Shown: in pieces, positions 27,007-37,206 of the stretch | Position numbering within the stretch: position 1 is the first letter of the stretch | How the letters are laid out: each line of letters starts with the position of its first letter | Assembly: GCA_013336285.1 (NCBI GenBank) | Contig: JAAXTX010000004.1 | Span: 624-64,623, forward strand | Length of the DNA stretch: 64,000 nt | Origin: Candidatus Moraniibacteriota bacterium | Lineage (GTDB): Bacteria; Patescibacteriota; Minisyncoccia; Moranbacterales; UBA1568 | Reading direction: 5' to 3' | Notes under the pieces: model-generated | The model's input: the letters and a program-made list of their open reading frames with translations, nothing else | Told to the model about the DNA's origin: nothing | The model's database searches: none | Translations under genes and position numbers: made by a program

Positions 27007-29148
27007 ATGCAGGAAGCAAAAAGCTGGTCGCTCCAACTGGGCGGTCGGGAATTGCGCGTATCGACAGGACTCCTCGCGGGGCAGGCGAATGGCGCAGTGA
27101 CGGTCAGATACGGAGAGACGGTGGTGTTGGCGACCGCGGTCATGTCCAAGCACGCCGGGCAGTCGCGGGGGTATTTCCCGCTGATGGTCGACTATGAAGA
27201 GCGGTATTATGCGGCGGGCAAAATCAAAGGATCGCGCTTCATCAAGCGTGAGGGGCGTCCGTCGGACGACGCCATCCTTTCAGGTCGTGCGGTAGACCGC
27301 ACGGTCCGTCCGTTGTTTGACAGCCGAATGCGAAGCGAGATACAGGTCGTAGCGACCGTGCTTTCTTTCGACGGCGAGAACGATCCGGATCTCGTGGCCA
27401 TTATCGCCGCATCCGCGGCGCTTTCCATTTCCGATATACCGTGGAACGGCCCGGTCGGCGCCGTGCGTGTCGGACGGATCAGCGGTGGAGATTTTATCCT
27501 GAATCCGACAACCGAAGAGCGGGAGAGCAAGGAAAACGTGCTCGATCTGATGATTTCCGGTACGAAGGACAAGATCAATATGATCGAGGCCGGTGCGAAC
27601 GAGATTCCCGAAGCGGAAATGGCTGAAGCCTTCAAGTTCGGGTTCGAGAGTGTCCAAAAGATCGCGGGATTCATAGGGGAAATCACGAAGGAGATCGGCA
27701 GAAAGAAGTCCGAGGCTATTGTCCTTGCGGGACCTGAAGGTTTTGATGAGGACCTGAAGTCGTTTCTCCGTAAGGAAGGCCTCGCGGAGGCGCTGTTCTC
27801 TCTCGTAAAAAAGGAAGACAAGGAGGCACAGCTTGACGAGATCGGAAAGAAGATGAAGACATATATCGCCGATAAGTATCCGGAATCGGCCGCGGGCCTC
27901 GGAGAAATATCGTCATTAGTGATGGATGAGGTTTCCGATGAGATCCTTCACGAGAAGATACTTAAGGAGAATATCCGACCGGACGGACGGAAACTCGACG
28001 AGATTCGGACGATCACATCGCATATCGGCGTGTTGCCAAGAACTCACGGAACGGGACTTTTCACCCGCGGCGAGACCCAGGCCCTGACCGTGACGACGTT
28101 GGGCGCTCCCGGTGATCAGATGATCGTCGACACGATGGAAGTGGACATGAAGAAGAGGTACATGCACTTCTATAACTTTCCGCCATACTCTGTAGGGGAG
28201 GTGCGGCCGATGCGCGGTCCGGGACGTCGCGAAATAGGACATGGCGCACTGGCGGAGAAGGCGCTCCTTCCGGTACTGCCGCCGTACGAGGAATTCCCGT
28301 ATACGATGCTGCTTGTTTCAGAAGTGCTCTCGTCGAACGGATCCTCGTCCATGGCGTCGACATGCGGTTCCACCCTTTCCCTTATGGATGCAGGCGTACC
28401 GATCCGCAAACCGGTCGCCGGTATAGCGATGGGAATTATCGAGGGCGACGGTGAATACCGCGTGCTTTCGGATATCCAGGGTCTCGAAGATCATTTCGGG
28501 GACATGGATTTCAAGGTAGCTGGAACAGCGGACGGTATCACGGCAATGCAGATGGACGTGAAAATCGACGGTCTTGCGCCTGAGACGCTCGCGGAAGCCT
28601 TGAAGCAGGCCAAGGAAAGCAGACTTTTCATTCTTGGAAAAATGCTCGAGACGATCGCCGAGCCGAGAAAGGAAATGTCCCCGTATGCACCGCGTATCAT
28701 CACGCTTCGCATCAATCCAGACAAGATCCGCGACGTCATCGGTCCGGGCGGCAAGATGATCAATAGGATCATCGACGAGACAGGTGTCTCGATCGATATC
28801 GAGGATGACGGTTCGGTATTCATCACCTCGACCGATGAGACAAGCGCTAAGACGGCGGTGGAATGGATCAATAACCTTACCCGCGAGGTAAAGGCCGGAG
28901 AACTCTTTCAGGGAAGGATCACGAGACTCATGAATTTCGGCGCCTTCGCCGAAGTCCTGCCGAACCAGGAGGGTCTGATCCATATTTCCGAACTTGCGGA
29001 CTATCGCGTGGAAAAGGTTGAAGACATCGTTAAGGTCGGCGATATCGTCCCGGTCGTCGTCAAGGAAATCGACAGCCAGGGAAGGATCAACCTTTCCCGG
29101 AAAGCCGCACTGCAAAGACTTGAAGAGGATGGGACGAAGACGGAATAG
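27007..29148 (+). CDS. pnp: Polyribonucleotide nucleotidyltransferase (PNPase)
   Basis: Two RNase PH domains, KH and S1 at the C-terminus. ATG at 27007 has a GGGAG RBS; the track start at 26965 lacks one. Confidence 0.9.
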   Translation: MQEAKSWSLQLGGRELRVSTGLLAGQANGAVTVRYGETVVLATAVMSKHAGQSRGYFPLMVDYEERYYAAGKIKGSRFIKREGRPSDDAILSGRAVDRTVRPLFDSRMRSEIQVVATVLSFDGENDPDLVAIIAASAALSISDIPWNGPVGAVRVGRISGGDFILNPTTEERESKENVLDLMISGTKDKINMIEAGANEIPEAEMAEAFKFGFESVQKIAGFIGEITKEIGRKKSEAIVLAGPEGFDEDLKSFLRKEGLAEALFSLVKKEDKEAQLDEIGKKMKTYIADKYPESAAGLGEISSLVMDEVSDEILHEKILKENIRPDGRKLDEIRTITSHIGVLPRTHGTGLFTRGETQALTVTTLGAPGDQMIVDTMEVDMKKRYMHFYNFPPYSVGEVRPMRGPGRREIGHGALAEKALLPVLPPYEEFPYTMLLVSEVLSSNGSSSMASTCGSTLSLMDAGVPIRKPVAGIAMGIIEGDGEYRVLSDIQGLEDHFGDMDFKVAGTADGITAMQMDVKIDGLAPETLAEALKQAKESRLFILGKMLETIAEPRKEMSPYAPRIITLRINPDKIRDVIGPGGKMINRIIDETGVSIDIEDDGSVFITSTDETSAKTAVEWINNLTREVKAGELFQGRITRLMNFGAFAEVLPNQEGLIHISELADYRVEKVEDIVKVGDIVPVVVKEIDSQGRINLSRKAALQRLEEDGTKTE

Positions 29149-29226
29149 TCGGAAAGTGAATGGAACGAAACCGCCCCGAATTCGATCGGGGCGTTTTCTT
29201 TATTACATGTACGTAGGTATGCTACA

Positions 29227-30474
29227 ATGCGGACATCAGCGGTAAGCTCCAATAAGCAGCAGAGTATGTTTTTCGGAAACAGGAAGAAGGAACAGATTAT
29301 CGATACTTCTTCGAATGCCGAGCTCTATCAGGGGATACGGGTCATGCAAGACGACCTTGATGAACTTTCCGGTAAACCTCCTGCCGTCGCATCGGTATCG
29401 TCCGCGGAATCCGCGCCGCATACCGGAGCATCGTCCGGAAGTCCTTTTTTAAGTGATCAGTATCTTGCACAGACAGCAACGAAGAACGAAACCCGGGACG
29501 GGCTTCAGGACGGGATCGAAATACAAGAACCGAGCCCGTCGGTCAAGTCGGCGGAAAACATCGATCGACAGTCCGGAGCTCCTATCGCGGAAGTGTTTTC
29601 CGGGCTGAAGAATTTTGTTTCCAATATCGGATCAAACCAGGATACGGTGGAAGAAGAATCCGAACACGAAACCGTTCAGGAGGTGAATGGGTCCGGACAG
29701 GATCCGGTCGCGAGCGGAAAGTCATGGATACTGCTTGCTTCCGCGTTGGCGTTGATAGCGCTTGTAGCGGGGGCGGCGGCATATGTATTCATCTTCAGCA
29801 GAACCGGAGGGAACGAAAATCAGACTCCCGTCGTCGGACCGAATCAGGCGGATACGGAACAATCCGCCCAGTCGATACAGTCAACGGAATCGGAAACTAT
29901 ACCGTTCACGCAGGGAATGCCGAATTATCTTTCCATAGACATCGAATCCGAAGCGTCGACGCCGGAAGGTATCTTGAAGCTTCTATCGGACACGGATGCT
30001 TCTGTCATGAAGGCGAAGCCTTCATTTCCGGTGGAATTCATCATTCGGGATGCCAATAACAACCCGGTCGCCTTCGCCCGCTTCGCCTATCTGCTCGGGC
30101 TGAAAATACCTCTGGAGACACTGACGTCGCTTGATGAGGGCTTCTCATTGTTTTTCGTATTCGATGGAAATGCCGCACGAAGAGTCGTGGTAATTGACGT
30201 GAGACAGGGTAAGGATGTGTCCAAAGATATGAAGGATGGGGAGACATCTCTCGTTTCCTGGTTCGGTACCATGTTATATCCGACCGCCGTTTCGATCTCT
30301 TCGGGAACTTCCTTTCAGTCAGGTTCGTATGGAAAGCTTACTACCAGGTTCATCAATATCGACAGCGCGGACGATACGTCGTTCGATTACGCGATAATGG
30401 ACGATGCTTTGGTCATCGGGACAAGTAAGGACGCGTTCCGCTCGGTACTCGGAACGATCGTCGGTTCCAAATGA
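29227..30474 (+). CDS. Membrane-anchored hypothetical protein (disordered cytoplasmic N-region, one TM, extracytoplasmic domain)
   Basis: 415-aa ORF. TM WILLASALALIALVAGAAAYVFIF. No family recognised. Confidence 0.45.
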   Translation: MRTSAVSSNKQQSMFFGNRKKEQIIDTSSNAELYQGIRVMQDDLDELSGKPPAVASVSSAESAPHTGASSGSPFLSDQYLAQTATKNETRDGLQDGIEIQEPSPSVKSAENIDRQSGAPIAEVFSGLKNFVSNIGSNQDTVEEESEHETVQEVNGSGQDPVASGKSWILLASALALIALVAGAAAYVFIFSRTGGNENQTPVVGPNQADTEQSAQSIQSTESETIPFTQGMPNYLSIDIESEASTPEGILKLLSDTDASVMKAKPSFPVEFIIRDANNNPVAFARFAYLLGLKIPLETLTSLDEGFSLFFVFDGNAARRVVVIDVRQGKDVSKDMKDGETSLVSWFGTMLYPTAVSISSGTSFQSGSYGKLTTRFINIDSADDTSFDYAIMDDALVIGTSKDAFRSVLGTIVGSK

Positions 30475-31034
30475 TGCGATCCGAATGCTTTCGGAAAGCC
30501 AAATAAATAAAGTCAGCGACTATTTTTTTTGAGACAAATTTGATATTTGTCTGCAGTGGGCTTACGAGGGAAATTAATTGCTTTCAGTAAGGGAAAATGA
30601 TGACTGATGATTGACCCGGACCGAAAAAACTGATATACTTGCTCTGTAGTGAACTTTAAGAACTTGAAGTTGAGGAGAACGGGGAAAGAATTTTCAGTCA
30701 CAATACCCCCTGATTGTGACTGATGATTCTTTCACTGTTCAAGCGTCGAAGTGAATCTGCTTCGGCCGCCCCGATCTGACCGGGGACCAAAAACAAAAAC
30801 AAACCGACGTCGAAAAAATAATATATTCGACGGAAGTAAAACAAAGAGAAAAAAAGAAAAACAGTTCTTTCTACAAAAGGTCAAAATGACCAGAGAATGG
30901 TGAAAGCATCGCGGAAAGAGTCAGATAAACGCGAAAAAAAAGTTGAAAGCATGTCGACAAACTACATGCGGCTGAAATGGATTATTATCGTCTTCTCACC
31001 CGGGACGAAATAACCTCGTCACATGTTGGGACAT

Positions 31035-31177
31035 GCAGTCGGGCGCTCAGCCCAGTCAAATATTATTTATATCGGACTATAGGGCCTTGAGCGCCCGGCA
31101 CCAACACCGCAAATTTGGTGCCGGGCAGACGGGATATAAATGCCTTGAAAGGGCGTTTTTTTGTTGCTAAAATGAAG
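31035..31177 (+). other. Three consecutive stable hairpins ending in a U-tract (possible 3' end of a structured ncRNA or a complex terminator)
   Basis: Inverted repeat CGGGCGCTCAGCCC..GGGCCTTGAGCGCCCG. Then CCCGGCACCA..TGGTGCCGGG (10-bp perfect). Then GCCTT-GAA-AGGGC followed by GTTTTTTT. Confidence 0.3.
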
Positions 31178-31191
31178 AAAATGAAATCATT

Positions 31192-31590
31192 ATGCGGATA
31201 TTGCGAAGGTTTCATCTAAATAATCCTCTGGGGAACAGGGGCGAGGATATTGCCGCAAGGTATCTTAGGGGCAAGGGGTTTTCAATACTCGAGCGAAATT
31301 ATCGAAACAATAAAGGACGTGCCTTCGGTGAGATCGATATCGTGGCAAGGGATCGGGATGAATTGGTATTCGTGGAGGTGAAGGCTCGAACCGGGACGAT
31401 GGATAGCGGAATTCATGCTGAAGAGGCAATCACGGCCGAGAAACTCCGGCGTCTATCGAGAATAGCCGAAGTATATGTACGGGAAAGGAATGTCGGTGAC
31501 GGTCCATATCGATTTGATGCCATATCGGTGCTGATCCGTAAGGATGGCAAGGAACCGGAGATCAGACACCTTCAAAGCATATTTCTCTAG
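31192..31590 (+). CDS. YraN-family (UPF0102) endonuclease-like protein
   Basis: GEDIAARYL...GEIDIVARD..LVFVEVKAR matches the YraN pattern. Confidence 0.6.
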   Translation: MRILRRFHLNNPLGNRGEDIAARYLRGKGFSILERNYRNNKGRAFGEIDIVARDRDELVFVEVKARTGTMDSGIHAEEAITAEKLRRLSRIAEVYVRERNVGDGPYRFDAISVLIRKDGKEPEIRHLQSIFL

Positions 31591-31652
31591 ACGGGGTGGA
31601 TTTTTTCCAATATACTGTGCGAAGAAGGGACTAATCCATTGACTTCAAGCGT

Positions 31653-32009
31653 ATGTCCATCAACGATGCCCTTAAGGAAGAACTGACAACGAAACTGCAG
31701 ACAGCCAAAGCCAGACTCGAGGGTGAGTTGTCGCGTTTCGCAAGGCCTACCGAAGTTCCGGGAGAGTATGAGACGCGATTCGAAGATATCGGAACGGACA
31801 TGGATGACAATGCCACGGAAGTCGAACAGTATGCGGACAATGTCGCTCTCGAGGATAACCTTGAAAACCAGCTTGCAGGGGTGACAGAGGCACTTGAGCG
31901 CATGGAGGCAGGGACGTATGGGATCTGCAGCGTGTGCGGAAAGGATATCGAGGAGGGGCGACTTCGTGCGTATCTTTCCGCGACCGAATGTATGGAACAT
32001 GCCAAATAG
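31653..32009 (+). CDS. DksA/TraR-family C4 zinc-finger protein
   Basis: GTYGICSVCGKDIEEGRLRAYLSATECMEHAK C-terminal CxxC...C zinc finger. Confidence 0.6.
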   Translation: MSINDALKEELTTKLQTAKARLEGELSRFARPTEVPGEYETRFEDIGTDMDDNATEVEQYADNVALEDNLENQLAGVTEALERMEAGTYGICSVCGKDIEEGRLRAYLSATECMEHAK

Positions 32010-32418
32010 CGTCGTAAAATCGAATTCAAAGGTTCCCGATGTTCTTTTCATCGGGGCCTTTTTCGTAATCGACCAAATAAGCAAAAGCCTGTATATGTTC
32101 TCGGATCGTTTCGTGTGCAACGTATTCGGGCCTTGGGGTTTGGAAATCAATGGAAATATGATCGTACCTGCGACGATCGTTTTCCTAGTCATATTGATAT
32201 TCCTATTGGGTCGCGAATCGGACGTCCTGATGCGCGTTCCGTTGTCGCTTTTTATCGCGGGTGGTCTGGCAAATCTTTCAGATAGGGTTTTCTACGGATG
32301 TGTGCGGGACTTCGCCTTGGTTCAATGGTTTCCGGCTTTCAATATGGCTGATATTGTACTGACGACCGGGGTGATTCTTATGTCGATTTCCCTTTTTAAG
32401 ATAAAGAGGCCTGAATAG
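31999..32418 (+). CDS. lspA: Lipoprotein signal peptidase II
   Basis: FPAFNMADIVLTTGVILM (FNxAD motif), four TM helices. ATG overlaps the DksA stop by 11 nt. Confidence 0.6.
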   Translation: MPNSVVKSNSKVPDVLFIGAFFVIDQISKSLYMFSDRFVCNVFGPWGLEINGNMIVPATIVFLVILIFLLGRESDVLMRVPLSLFIAGGLANLSDRVFYGCVRDFALVQWFPAFNMADIVLTTGVILMSISLFKIKRPE

Positions 32419-32452
32419 GCCTCAAGTTTCGTGTCTCAGGATCTCTATGAAT

Positions 32453-33607
32453 TCAGGAACGCAGAGCGTCGTAAATCGTTTTGACTACGGACGGATCCAT
32501 GACGGAAGGTAAAAGTCTTTCCCGGGTCGGAACGACAACGGAAGCTATGGCTTCGGCCGCGGCCAGCTTTACGCCCATCAGGTTGGCGCTGATCGAGTAT
32601 GCGGACTGTTTCAATCGCGAATCAAGAAGTGCGCGGAATATACCCGGAAATACGAGCGCGTTATTGATCTGGTTGGGGTAGTCCGACCGACCGGTTCCCA
32701 CTATGAAAGCCCCCGCTTTCTTGGCTGATTCCGGAAGAATTTCCGGGTCCGGATTTGCCATCGCGAAAATGATCGGACGATCCGCCATGCTTCGGATATG
32801 GTCTTCGCTCAGTATATCCCGAACCGAAACGCCGATGAAAGCGTCAGCGCCACGAAGCGCGTCATCGAGGCTGCCGGACAGACGCCGTGGATTTGTCATT
32901 TCAGCGACGTCCAGCTTATAGGGATTGAGATCGGTCCTCGAAGATTCGACGATTCCTTTGCTGTCGGCAAGAATTATGTCACCGACGCCGCGATAGTTCA
33001 GAAGTCGCGCTATGGCGATACCTGCGGCGCCGGCACCGTTGATGACGACCGACATCTCCTCCAAGGGGGTTTTCCGGAGTTTTGCCGCATTCGTGAGGCC
33101 TGCCAATACGACGATAGCCGTACCGTCCTGGTCATCATGGAATACCGGGATCGTAAGCTCCTTTTCGAGCCTGTCAAGAATCTCGAAACATCGGGGCGCG
33201 GCGATATCCTCGAGATTGATTCCCCCGAACGTCGGTTCGATCTGCTTGCAGAAACGTATGATTTCCTCGGTGTCCTGAGTATCGATACAGAGCGGAACGG
33301 CGTCGATATCGGCCATCTTCTTGAATATCATCGATTTCCCCTCCATAACGGGGAGTCCTGCTGTCGGACCGATATTTCCGAGTCCGAGAATGGCACTTCC
33401 GTCCGTCACTATAGCGACCGTATTGCTCCTGTTCGTAAGGATTTGGGCCGTTTCCGGTTCATTTGCGATAACTCTGCATATCTCGGCGACGCCGGGTGTA
33501 TATGCGAGAGAAAGGTGTTCGGCTGTGTCGAGAGGGGTCTTCGGAATCACTTCGATTTTCCCTCTTTTTGCCTGGTGATAGCGGATTACCGGGCTTTCTT
33601 CGTTCAT
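32453..33607 (-). CDS. NAD(P)-dependent malic enzyme
   Basis: LSLAYTPGVAE, VVINGAGAAGIAIARLL and ANPDPEI are typical malic-enzyme motifs. Confidence 0.8.
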   Translation of the reverse strand: MNEESPVIRYHQAKRGKIEVIPKTPLDTAEHLSLAYTPGVAEICRVIANEPETAQILTNRSNTVAIVTDGSAILGLGNIGPTAGLPVMEGKSMIFKKMADIDAVPLCIDTQDTEEIIRFCKQIEPTFGGINLEDIAAPRCFEILDRLEKELTIPVFHDDQDGTAIVVLAGLTNAAKLRKTPLEEMSVVINGAGAAGIAIARLLNYRGVGDIILADSKGIVESSRTDLNPYKLDVAEMTNPRRLSGSLDDALRGADAFIGVSVRDILSEDHIRSMADRPIIFAMANPDPEILPESAKKAGAFIVGTGRSDYPNQINNALVFPGIFRALLDSRLKQSAYSISANLMGVKLAAAEAIASVVVPTRERLLPSVMDPSVVKTIYDALRS

Positions 33608-33725
33608 ACGGTCGAATTATCGGGTTTTACAGTCTTTCCATAATACCTTAAACTATCCTTCTGCGGAACGATGAACCCTTCCTCGGCTCCGGAAGACACG
33701 CTATAGTACGGTATAATGATGATGA

Positions 33726-35261
33726 ATGTTTTCGCGTATGCCGGCAAGAATATATTCCGTCGCGACGGTCGGGCTCGACGGGATCTCCGTTGAAGTGGAA
33801 GTCGACGTCCTATCTCAGGGACTCCATCATTTCACATTGGTCGGACTTCCGGATGCGTCCGTAAAGGAATCTCGTGACCGGGTGAGTTCGGCTATCAAAA
33901 ATAGCGGTTTCAAACCGCCTCATCAGAACGGTCGGATCACCGCCAATCTCGCTCCGGCTGATCTTCCAAAACAGAGCCCAGCTTTTGATTTGCCGCTGGC
34001 TCTCGGATACTTGCTTGCCACCAAACAACTGGATTTCGATCACAAGGACAAATTATTTCTTGGCGAGCTGGCGCTTGATGGCGTGGTGCGGCGCATAAAC
34101 GGAGTATTGCCAGCCGCGTCATTTGCGGCAGAGACTGGAGTTACGGAACTGTACGTTCCAGCGGAAAATGCTCGTGAAGCTGCTCTTATTTCCGGGGTGA
34201 CGGTATATCCGGTGAAGCATCTTTTCGCGCTTGTGAAACATTTGTCCGGCCAAGAGCGTATTCAGGCGCAGGAGCGTGAAGAATTCAACGTGTCACAGGA
34301 GACGGTGTACGATCTCGATATGGCGGAAATCCGAGGGCAGGAACATGCGAAGCGCGCGCTTGAGATCGCGGCCGCCGGCGGTCATAATACGATCCTCGTC
34401 GGTCCTCCGGGATCGGGGAAAACGTTGCTTGCACGGGCTTTACCGTCCATTCTGCCGGCTCTTTCACTTTCGGAAAGTTTGGAAGTGACAAAGATCTTCT
34501 CGGTATCGGGGAAATTACCTACGGATACGCCGCTTTTCCGACTTCGACCGTTCCGGACGCCTCATCATAGTGCCTCTGCCGTCTCGCTGGTCGGCGGAGG
34601 AACGGTGCCGAAACCGGGAGAAGTGAGCCTCGCTCATCGCGGAGTATTGTTTCTTGATGAATTCGCTGAGTTCCCTAAGGCAGTGTTGGAAAATCTTCGT
34701 CAGCCGCTTGAGGACGGATTCGTTACCGTGTCGCGGGTCAAGGGAGCGAGTCGGTTTCCCGCCAGATTTTCCCTGGTAGCGGCGATGAATCCGTGTCCAT
34801 GCGGCTATGCGGGCGATCCGGAGCGGATGTGTTCGTGTTCGCCGTTTCAGGTGCTGCGGTACCGAGAAAAAATATCCGGACCGATTCTTGATCGTATAGA
34901 TCTCCAGGTCTCGGTTCCGCGTCTCAAGGTTGAAAAGCTTGAGGATTCGCGACAAGGTGAATCGAGCGCCGATATACGGATTCGCGTCGAACGGGCCCGC
35001 TCAATACAGGAGCAGCGCTTCGTGGGATCGGCGTTTCGTACCAACAGTGAAATGGGACCCGAGGCGATACGTCTTTATTGTCCTCTTGATGATGAATCCA
35101 AAAAATTGCTTCGTGGCGCGGTGGAAAATCTTCGTTTGTCCGCCCGAAGTTATCACCGTATCTTGAAGGTGGCACGTACCATCGCCGATCTTTCCGGAGA
35201 AAAGGATATCCTTCGAACGCATATAGCCGAGGCCCTACAGTATCGGTTCAAGAGCGAATGA
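33726..35261 (+). CDS. YifB/ComM family Mg-chelatase-like AAA+ ATPase
   Basis: N-terminal Lon-like domain, GPPGSGKT Walker A, C-terminal ChlI-like region. Confidence 0.85.
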   Translation: MFSRMPARIYSVATVGLDGISVEVEVDVLSQGLHHFTLVGLPDASVKESRDRVSSAIKNSGFKPPHQNGRITANLAPADLPKQSPAFDLPLALGYLLATKQLDFDHKDKLFLGELALDGVVRRINGVLPAASFAAETGVTELYVPAENAREAALISGVTVYPVKHLFALVKHLSGQERIQAQEREEFNVSQETVYDLDMAEIRGQEHAKRALEIAAAGGHNTILVGPPGSGKTLLARALPSILPALSLSESLEVTKIFSVSGKLPTDTPLFRLRPFRTPHHSASAVSLVGGGTVPKPGEVSLAHRGVLFLDEFAEFPKAVLENLRQPLEDGFVTVSRVKGASRFPARFSLVAAMNPCPCGYAGDPERMCSCSPFQVLRYREKISGPILDRIDLQVSVPRLKVEKLEDSRQGESSADIRIRVERARSIQEQRFVGSAFRTNSEMGPEAIRLYCPLDDESKKLLRGAVENLRLSARSYHRILKVARTIADLSGEKDILRTHIAEALQYRFKSE

Positions 35262-36250
35262 CGCAAAAGTGCGCTGAGTCATGTGATGTAAAGGGTGACA
35301 TGGGACGAAAACGGAAAAAAATCTTCATAGCGGTCGTATTCGGAAGCGCCGCTGTCGTCTTCTTTTTTCTCTTTATAAGGAATAGTCGTAGAATCTACGA
35401 TACGACCGTTCCCAAATCGGTGACAATGATCGTGGAAGGGTTTCCCTACAGACTTTCTTCGATTACGGCGAAAACGGTCGGTGAATTGATCGATACTGTG
35501 GGAGAGGACATATCGGTAGATGATCTCATATTTCCGTCCCGGGAGGTGCCGCTGTCATCGGGTATGATTATCTCGGTTAACCGCCTGAAGAAGGTCTCCG
35601 TGAAGGCAGACGGTGAGACCAGGGAGACGTACACGACCGCGCGAACGGTAGAAGAGGCACTCTACGATTCCGGCATATCCGTCCGGGAAGAGGATTTGAT
35701 CGCGCCTAATCGGTCCACGCTTCTTTCGCGATCTGGAAAAATCGTCGTGACGCGGGTTGAAATCCGGGAGGAAAAGACGGATAAGAAGCTATTATACGAT
35801 ACGAAAACGAAGGAGGATGACAGTCTGAGCTGGCGAAAAAAGACGGTCGAACAGAAAGGCGAGAACGGTGTCCGCACATACCGATATCGTGTAAGTTATC
35901 ATGATGGCAAGGAAGTGAATCGGAAATTGCTCGGAAGCGAAATCACCAAGGATCCCGTGACGGAAATCGTCGTACAGGGGACCTTTGTCAAGGTCGGCAA
36001 AGGGTCGAACGGCATGGGAACCTGGTATTCCTATACTGGCAAGCTTGCCGCGGCGAGCCTCTCCCTTCCATTGGGGAGTTATGCCCGAGTTACGAACACC
36101 GCGACCGGAAAGTCGGTGATCGTCGTCATCAACGATCGGGGACCGTACGGAAAGGGTCGGATCATAGATCTCGACAAGGTGGCTTTCGAGAAGATAGCGT
36201 CCATCGGCGCCGGAGTGATCGAGGTGAAGGTGGAGCCGGTCCTGAATTGA
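35258..36250 (+). CDS. G5-domain / RlpA-like double-psi beta-barrel protein (YabE/RlpA-like)
   Basis: N-terminal TM, central DUF348/G5-like region. C-terminal WYSYTGKLAAASLSLPLGSYARVTNTATGKSVIVVINDRGPYGKGRIIDL matches the DPBB pattern. Confidence 0.6.
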   Translation: MTQKCAESCDVKGDMGRKRKKIFIAVVFGSAAVVFFFLFIRNSRRIYDTTVPKSVTMIVEGFPYRLSSITAKTVGELIDTVGEDISVDDLIFPSREVPLSSGMIISVNRLKKVSVKADGETRETYTTARTVEEALYDSGISVREEDLIAPNRSTLLSRSGKIVVTRVEIREEKTDKKLLYDTKTKEDDSLSWRKKTVEQKGENGVRTYRYRVSYHDGKEVNRKLLGSEITKDPVTEIVVQGTFVKVGKGSNGMGTWYSYTGKLAAASLSLPLGSYARVTNTATGKSVIVVINDRGPYGKGRIIDLDKVAFEKIASIGAGVIEVKVEPVLN

Positions 36251-36294
36251 GAGTGATACAATGTATGTAAACGTCGATCGGTGAAACAGAACCT

Positions 36295-37116
36295 ATGGAT
36301 CATGTCAAAGCGAAAAAATCATTGGGACAGAATTTCCTTCAGGACGTCAACGTCGTGGAGGGAGTATTGGATATCGGGAACATCGGTTCCGGAGATCCCG
36401 TGTTCGAAATCGGTCCCGGCACGGGAGCGCTTACCGGGCCACTTCTTTCCCGCGGCGCCAAAGTGAAAGCGATCGAGCTTGATCACGATCTTGCCGAACG
36501 TCTCAGTGAGACGTTTCGTGATTCATCCGATATCGAACTGATAGAAGGGAACATCCTGGATATGGATATGGACGGTTTTCTCCTACGGACAGGATTGGCG
36601 GACCACGGTTATAAGGTTATAGCGAATATACCGTATTACATCACCGCACCGATCATACGAAAGCTGCTTTCCCTCTCGATACGACCGGAACGGATCGTAC
36701 TCATGGTGCAAGAAGAGGTCGCGGATCGTTTGGCGGCTCCGCCGGGAAAGATGAGTCTGATTTCGCTCATGGCACAGTTCTATGCCACCGTGACGAAAGA
36801 GCTGGATGTACCGAAATCGGCATTCGTACCGGCGCCAAAGGTGGATAGCGCAGTGGTGAAGCTTGTTCCGAAACGCGTATTCTCAAAGGAAGGGGACAGA
36901 AATCTCTTCCGTATCGCCAGAGCCGGGTTTTCCGCCCGTCGGAAGACGCTCGCAAACAATCTTTCGTCCAGTCTTCATTTCCCAAGAAAGAATATCGAGT
37001 CCATGCTTTCAAGCCTGGGACTTGACATCCGCGTTCGTGCTCAGGAACTTTCGGTCGACGATTGGCTGGCGCTTTCGGAGGTTATCGAAAAGTTCGGTAT
37101 GACGTATGAAAAGTGA
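36295..37116 (+). CDS. rsmA: 16S rRNA (adenine1518/1519-N6)-dimethyltransferase
   Basis: KKSLGQNFLQD N-terminus and SAM-binding EIGPGTGALT. Confidence 0.85.
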   Translation: MDHVKAKKSLGQNFLQDVNVVEGVLDIGNIGSGDPVFEIGPGTGALTGPLLSRGAKVKAIELDHDLAERLSETFRDSSDIELIEGNILDMDMDGFLLRTGLADHGYKVIANIPYYITAPIIRKLLSLSIRPERIVLMVQEEVADRLAAPPGKMSLISLMAQFYATVTKELDVPKSAFVPAPKVDSAVVKLVPKRVFSKEGDRNLFRIARAGFSARRKTLANNLSSSLHFPRKNIESMLSSLGLDIRVRAQELSVDDWLALSEVIEKFGMTYEK

Positions 37117-37206
37117 CGTGGGTTGGCCGTTTGATCGTAAGACGGAATGAGATACATAAAACCGGTCTTCAGACCGGTTTTCATTTCAGATCGAAACAGG
37201 GACACT

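Noticed and set aside
26626-27153. 175-aa minus-strand ORF in the pnp leader/5' region
   Set aside because: It overlaps the conserved PNPase N-terminus, and the rest lies in leader sequence with no coding signal.
31587-32192. 201-aa minus-strand ORF opposite the DksA/TraR and lspA genes
   Set aside because: Both plus-strand genes have family-specific motifs (C4 zinc finger, FNxAD). The minus ORF has none.
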